Below are positions 60,766 to 64,000 of a stretch of DNA of 64,000 nt, in pieces. Positions within the stretch are counted from its first letter, which is position 1. Each line of letters starts with the position of its first letter. The position numbers and the translations under genes were made by a program. The notes beneath the pieces are model-generated. The model did not search any database, was not told the origin of the DNA, and was given only the letters and a program-made list of their open reading frames with translations. This stretch comes from Eledone cirrhosa (Eukaryota): positions 43,090,001 to 43,154,000 of the forward strand of contig OZ024752.1 of NCBI GenBank assembly GCA_964016885.1, written 5' to 3'.

Positions 60766-61581
60766 AATTCGAAGTTTGAAAGCTACGATAATGTGGGTTT
60801 GGACAGAGAATAAATAAATCGTAAGAAGCAGGGCTTGTTTTTTTACCTTAATTTATTCATATATCCTGATATTTCAATATTGATATAGCAAACCACATCG
60901 GTAGAGCAAGCCACATCGGTAGAGCAAGCCAGATCGGTAGAGCAAGCCACATCGGTAGAACAAGCCACATCGGTATAGCAAGCCACATCGGTAGAACAAG
61001 CCACATCGGTAGAGCAAGCCACATCGATAGAGCAAGCCACATCGGTAAAGCAAGCCACATCGGTAGAGCAAGCCACATCGGTAGAGCAAGCCACATTAGT
61101 ATAGCAAGCCACATCGGTAGAACAAGCCCCATCGGTATAGCAAGCCACATCGGTAGAACAAGCCACATCGGTAGAGCAAGCCACATCGATAGAGCAAGCC
61201 ACATCGGTAGAGCAAGCCACATCGGTAGAGCAAGCCACATCGGTAGAGCAAGCCACATTAGTATAGCAAGCCACATCGGTAGAGCAAGCCACATCGGTAG
61301 AGTAAGCCACATCGGTAGAGCAAGCCACATCGGTAGAGCAAGCCAGATCGGTAGAGCAAGCCACATCGGTATAGCAAGCCACATTGGTAGAGCAAGCCAC
61401 ATCGGTAGAGCAAGCCACAACGGACACTGGAATATTTCCTTTATTTTCCTCAGAAGAACAGATATTAATCTTGAAATATTAGGACATGAATAAATTAAGG
61501 TAAAAAAAATAAACCCTGTTTCTTACGATTTAATTATTCCCTATCCAAACCCGCATTGTCGTGGCTTTCAAACTTCGAATT
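60766..61581. repeat. Foldback structure: ~120-bp inverted repeats enclosing an 18-bp minisatellite (aagccacatcggtagagc) x ~30 at 60890-61420
   Basis: aattcgaagtttgaaagctacgataatg... (60766-60885) versus ...cattgtcgtggctttcaaacttcgaatt (61461-61581). Confidence 0.8.
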
Positions 61582-62067
61582 CTTTATACCATATACAATG
61601 CTTCAAGTAAACTACAAATTCCTTCTATATATATGCGTGTGTGTGTGTACATATATATATATATAGGTTATAATACATGCAGCCAGCCATATTTATATAT
61701 ATATTCTCTCTCTCGCCTACGATTTCACAGAACTTACGTTCACCGAAATCACAGACTAGATCCCTTCTTACTCCCGTTAGACCTGTACGGAATTCCTTCC
61801 TTGCTTACATTCCAACCAGGTTTGATGGTCTTTATTCTCTCTCGTTCACGATTTCACCGAATTTAAATTCATAGAAATTTGGGACTTGACTCCTTCTTCC
61901 ACACTTTCCGTTGCTTCACCATTTTGTTTGTTTACTCTCGTGTCCCCTTTAATTACGTGTCCCAACGACTTTTTTTAGCCGTTGCTCGCACCAACCGGAG
62001 GCATATGGTCTTTAAAGCGATGAAATACCAATGATGGTTGGAAGTCACTGATGAAGGACTAACTTTA

Positions 62068-62102
<35 letters not shown>

Positions 62103-62618
62103 CCAAAGATTAGTATGTTTCGTTGATTACTCAATGAATACAATTTTACAATAGATTAGAAGCACTCAACAATAAAAGTTTACCTGGAGTTTTTAATATT
62201 ATTCAAAATATTAACAAATGAAAAATATTCTCACTATCAAAATATATACTTTATTATATATATTTCAGTACTGTGTTGTTGTTTTTTCAGTACGTCCTCA
62301 TCAGACAAAATATATTTTGCCTGATGTACACAGTACCTCTGAAATATATATAATAAAGTATATATTTTGATAATGAGAATATTTTTCCTTTGTTAATATT
62401 TTGAATAATATATATATATATATATATAGGAAAAGGTATGACCCTGGCGGCAGAGCTCAAGCCGTTTCGACGGCTATTTCTGGACTGAAATAGCCGTCGA
62501 AACGGCTTGAGCTCTGACGTCGGGGTCATACTTTTTCCTATTTCCCACCCTACTACCCTAAGTATTGAGTACTCTGGTGCGTTATGGTCCATCTGGTTCC
62601 TTACCACAATTCCTTTGT

Positions 62619-62693
<75 letters not shown>

Positions 62694-62734
62694 ATTTATA
62701 TATATGTATATATATGTGTGTGTGTGTGTGTGTA

Positions 62735-62837
<103 letters not shown>

Positions 62838-63214
62838 ACTTTTTCAAAGTTAGATTTGGGAGATTCCTAGCAGAGTTGTCCAAAGTAAGCCTGAATCTCG
62901 CCATCACCGGTGTTTCAACTGATAGGAAAATATTGGTTGTGTCCGTTATATACTTATTAAGTAGACAGACAGATAAATAGACGGTGTTATGCAATAATAC
63001 ATGGTGTGGTAAATGAGAAACAATCGTTTGGAAAGAGAGATATATTTTAACTTTAATTATATCTCATAAAATAATACAACTGGCTTTTCCACATAATACA
63101 TATTGTTAGCACCCCAAACACTTAAATTGGGTTTATATTAAAATATAACCTAATATTTGTAGAGTGAGATGGTTACCAGTCAGAGATTAGCTTTAAACGA
63201 TCTCTGTTATTGTA

Positions 63215-63254
<40 letters not shown>

Positions 63255-64000
63255 CAGATCCGAACACAATGGAACCAAACTCCCACTGTCACTGCCTCCG
63301 TCTCTACCCATTATACGTAAATGGGGGGCCCACGCGGACAGAATATAGAAGGTTTTTTTTTTCCTCGGAGGATGGTGAGGGAGACAAGCTGGAAGATTCA
63401 TTCCAGCACATGAAGCTAACACCTGCGGGTAGCCAACTCTGTGCCGATGGTAGTGAGTAAGATTATGATCCTCTTTCCCACTTCCACTGCTGCTTCAAAG
63501 AAGAAGAAGAATTATTCTGCCAACTAATTCTGATTGGATTGCGTTGGTTATCTACCCCTTAGTTTGCTCTTTCTACACACGTTGTTTAGAAGGGTGTTCG
63601 CCAGGCGTCGCTGTTAGTATCTTCTCATTAGCGCAGTTTTAATGACTGACAACAACAGCAAACAGAAATTTGATATTTTATAAATCCTCTTCTAAGGTTC
63701 GTTCTTTTTTCACCTGATTTTATTTTCATATAATATATATGTGTATATATATTATATACATTTGCTTTTATCTTCTCTCTTTCTGTGTTAAAAGTCAATT
63801 CAACGACTAATACTGTTTAATTTAAACTCGTTAACTACAGCTGTTTCTACATACACACACGTATATATATATAATGTATATATATATATAATGTATATAT
63901 ATAATATATATAATGTATATATATATATATATATAGTGGTGTAATGGAAGAATAAGCCCTCGGTATGTAAACATAGAGGAAATATATTTTTAAAATGTAT

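Noticed and set aside
60843-61427. 194-aa VACSTD-repeat and 187-aa MWLALP-repeat ORFs, superficially like antifreeze or structural proteins
   Set aside because: They are an 18-bp minisatellite that is open in several frames, with no splice or signal context.
62040-62070. CTGATGA next to (TA)n
   Set aside because: Truncated before any GAAA or stem III; not called as a ribozyme.

Overview
AT-rich animal genomic DNA saturated with microsatellites; the SINE and LINE content points to an octopod cephalopod (inference). Almost all ORFs in the supplied track are microsatellite artefacts. I could assemble one credible plus-strand gene by hand: 9 coding exons, 11872-42675, 2106 nt, about 701 aa. It encodes a predicted secreted mosaic protein: signal peptide, acidic Ser-Gly glycosaminoglycan motif, follistatin/Kazal module, thrombospondin-1-like repeat, Cys-containing linker, and a C-terminal ENDOD1-like DNA/RNA non-specific endonuclease domain that appears to have lost its metal ligand. 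The second main signal is a dense set of short, often palindromic elements, mostly sitting in (TA)n tracts. At least 8 sequence families fold as complete hammerhead ribozymes of the Penelope-like-element (PLE) type, including a U3-A8 core variant and a form with a ~115-nt stem II. Several lie in sense orientation inside the gene's introns. The window also holds tRNA-derived SINEs, RTE/CR1/Tx1-like LINE remnants (including a three-level nested insertion with a twin-priming inversion), minisatellites and a 660-bp tandem triplication. All analysis was by eye; no database searches or folding programs were run.
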